From Candidatus Aminicenantes bacterium (lineage in GTDB: Bacteria > Acidobacteriota > Aminicenantia > Aminicenantales > Aminicenantaceae), in the NCBI GenBank assembly GCA_030617525.1, contig JAUWVG010000001.1, positions 1-25,666 on the forward strand: a stretch of DNA of 25,666 nucleotides. The letters are read 5' to 3'. The notes under the pieces were generated by a model, which did no database searches, was not told where the DNA came from, and saw only the letters and a list, made by a program, of their open reading frames with translations. How positions within the stretch are numbered: the stretch's first letter is position 1; the number at the start of each line of letters is the position of its first letter. Below are positions 24,280 through 25,666 of this stretch, in pieces. The translations under genes and the position numbers were made by a program.

Positions 24280-25666
24280 TTATCTTTGTTTTTTGGGCAG
24301 GAAGTTTTCCACAATCCAGAATTCATAGCCGCTGCCGTGCCATCTCGAATAAGCAATCCTTGTGCCGTCGGGAGAATACTTCAGACTTCTCCCGAGAATA
24401 TTCATTTTCTCTGGTTTTCCTCCGTCGGCGGCAACTCTTAATATTTCAAAATCCATACCTTCGATTCGATTCTCGTAAACAATGTGCTTTCCGTCCGGCG
24501 CCCAACAGAAAGTGTATTCTCCTCCGTTCGTAACCAACTTAGGTTCACTGCCGTCGGCATTCATGGTCCAGATGGAGTACGTATCCTCCTTTCCGTATCG
24601 CGCGTAGTCGAAAACAATGTATGCGATCTTGGCTCCGTCGGGAGACCATTCACAATGACTGTACCAAACGCCTTTTTTATCGGCGGGAAGGATTGTCCGC
24701 GGCGTTCCTCCTTCTGCTACAACGATACCGATGCCTGAACGCCGCTCTCTCAAATATTCAGCGGAATTGGCGAATTTTTTCGGCTCTATAGTGTAGTTGA
24801 AAAGAATCAATTTTCTGTCAGGAGACCAATCGACAGATCCCAAATCTCCTGCCAATTTCATTAATTCTCTGGGTTCTCCTCCGCCAGGCGGTATTTCCGC
24901 AATGACCGTCTGATTGGCTACCCCTGCGCTGTAGGTAACGAAGGTGCTGCCATCGGGCCCTAAGTAATAACCATCATAGCTATCCTTATAATTATCAACA
25001 AGACTGGGCTCTCCCCCTTCTGCGGGAATTGACCAAACCCGAAACTTGTTAAGGGGTCTTCGGTAATCCGAAGCAAATAGGATCGTTTTACCATCCGGTG
25101 ACCAACGCGGACTGTAATTACCGCGGGGAAACTGAGTCAGCTGAATTTCATCGCTACCATCGGGATTGGCGGTATATATATGCTGGGTTCGAAAGGCAGC
25201 GGAGAATCCCACACCTCCGTCCATTGTCCAATTCCCGCCCAGAATAAGTGCATGATTCGTCGCTTTGAACGGATTTCCCTCCGGTTTGCCCTCAGAGGAT
25301 ACCTTAATGGCCCAGAACTGGGGTGTCTCTTCGCCGTAAGAGACGAATCCGATCCAGCGTCCGTCAAAAGACCATTGGGGCGACCTGTCTACGGCAGGAT
25401 TGGAGGTGATACGGGTGGTTTCTCCTCCCGTGCTGGACATCACACAAATATCGGTATTTCCCTTTTGAGTTGTCGTATAGGCAATCCAACGGCCGTTCGG
25501 GGATAACGTCATGTCCTGATGTCTCCGCGCCTCTTTCGGCTCGTCAAAAGTGAAGATGTCCTCCTTCTCTCCTCCAGTCATTGGGATGGAAAACAGTCCT
25601 TTGGAAGGGATTTGAAAAATGATTTTCTTGCTGTCCTCCGACCACCCTCTCAGGGCGATGGAATCC
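24280..25666 (-). CDS. P6: C-terminal part of a PD40/TolB-like propeller protein (5' end outside the window)
   Basis: The frame stays open from the track start (25581) to the window edge (DSIALRGWSEDSKKIIFQIPSKGLFSIPMTGGE...); SPDG repeats; ends FWIVENFLPKKQR; closest to P2. Confidence 0.9.
   Translation of the reverse strand, partial: DSIALRGWSEDSKKIIFQIPSKGLFSIPMTGGEKEDIFTFDEPKEARRHQDMTLSPNGRWIAYTTTQKGNTDICVMSSTGGETTRITSNPAVDRSPQWSFDGRWIGFVSYGEETPQFWAIKVSSEGKPEGNPFKATNHALILGGNWTMDGGVGFSAAFRTQHIYTANPDGSDEIQLTQFPRGNYSPRWSPDGKTILFASDYRRPLNKFRVWSIPAEGGEPSLVDNYKDSYDGYYLGPDGSTFVTYSAGVANQTVIAEIPPGGGEPRELMKLAGDLGSVDWSPDRKLILFNYTIEPKKFANSAEYLRERRSGIGIVVAEGGTPRTILPADKKGVWYSHCEWSPDGAKIAYIVFDYARYGKEDTYSIWTMNADGSEPKLVTNGGEYTFCWAPDGKHIVYENRIEGMDFEILRVAADGGKPEKMNILGRSLKYSPDGTRIAYSRWHGSGYEFWIVENFLPKKQR

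Noticed and set aside
1797-24282. Repeated palindromic element between units as integron attC sites
   Set aside because: No RYYYAAC...GTTRRRY core ends and no integrase; stem plus U-tract fits intrinsic terminators.

Overview
Almost the whole window is a tandem, minus-strand array of one repeated three-gene unit: membrane sensor histidine kinase (HK, large extracytoplasmic domain with TPR-like helices) -> OmpR/PhoB-family response regulator (RR) -> exported protein with an N-terminal TPR domain and many PD40/TolB-like beta-propeller repeats (P) -> conserved intrinsic terminator. Numbering left to right, four units are complete (C2: 1856-6816; C3: 6941-12013; C4: 12150-18938; C5: 19251-24139). 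A partial HK (HK1) runs off the left edge and a partial P gene (P6) off the right edge, so there are at least six units. A RelE-type toxin/RHH antitoxin pair sits between C2 and HK1. The most striking observation is regulatory. In each complete unit the same 10-11-bp-periodic direct-repeat motif lies upstream of both the HK gene and the P gene, the motif differs between units, and motif class partly tracks the predicted base-contacting residues of the RR recognition helix. The 3' ends of the P genes and their terminators are more conserved at DNA level than the proteins. The first 59 bp duplicate 452-510 out of frame (probable artefact or a disrupting duplication). No rRNA, tRNA, CRISPR array, transposase or integrase is visible. 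The host cannot be determined from the sequence, and novelty needs a database and literature check that I could not run.
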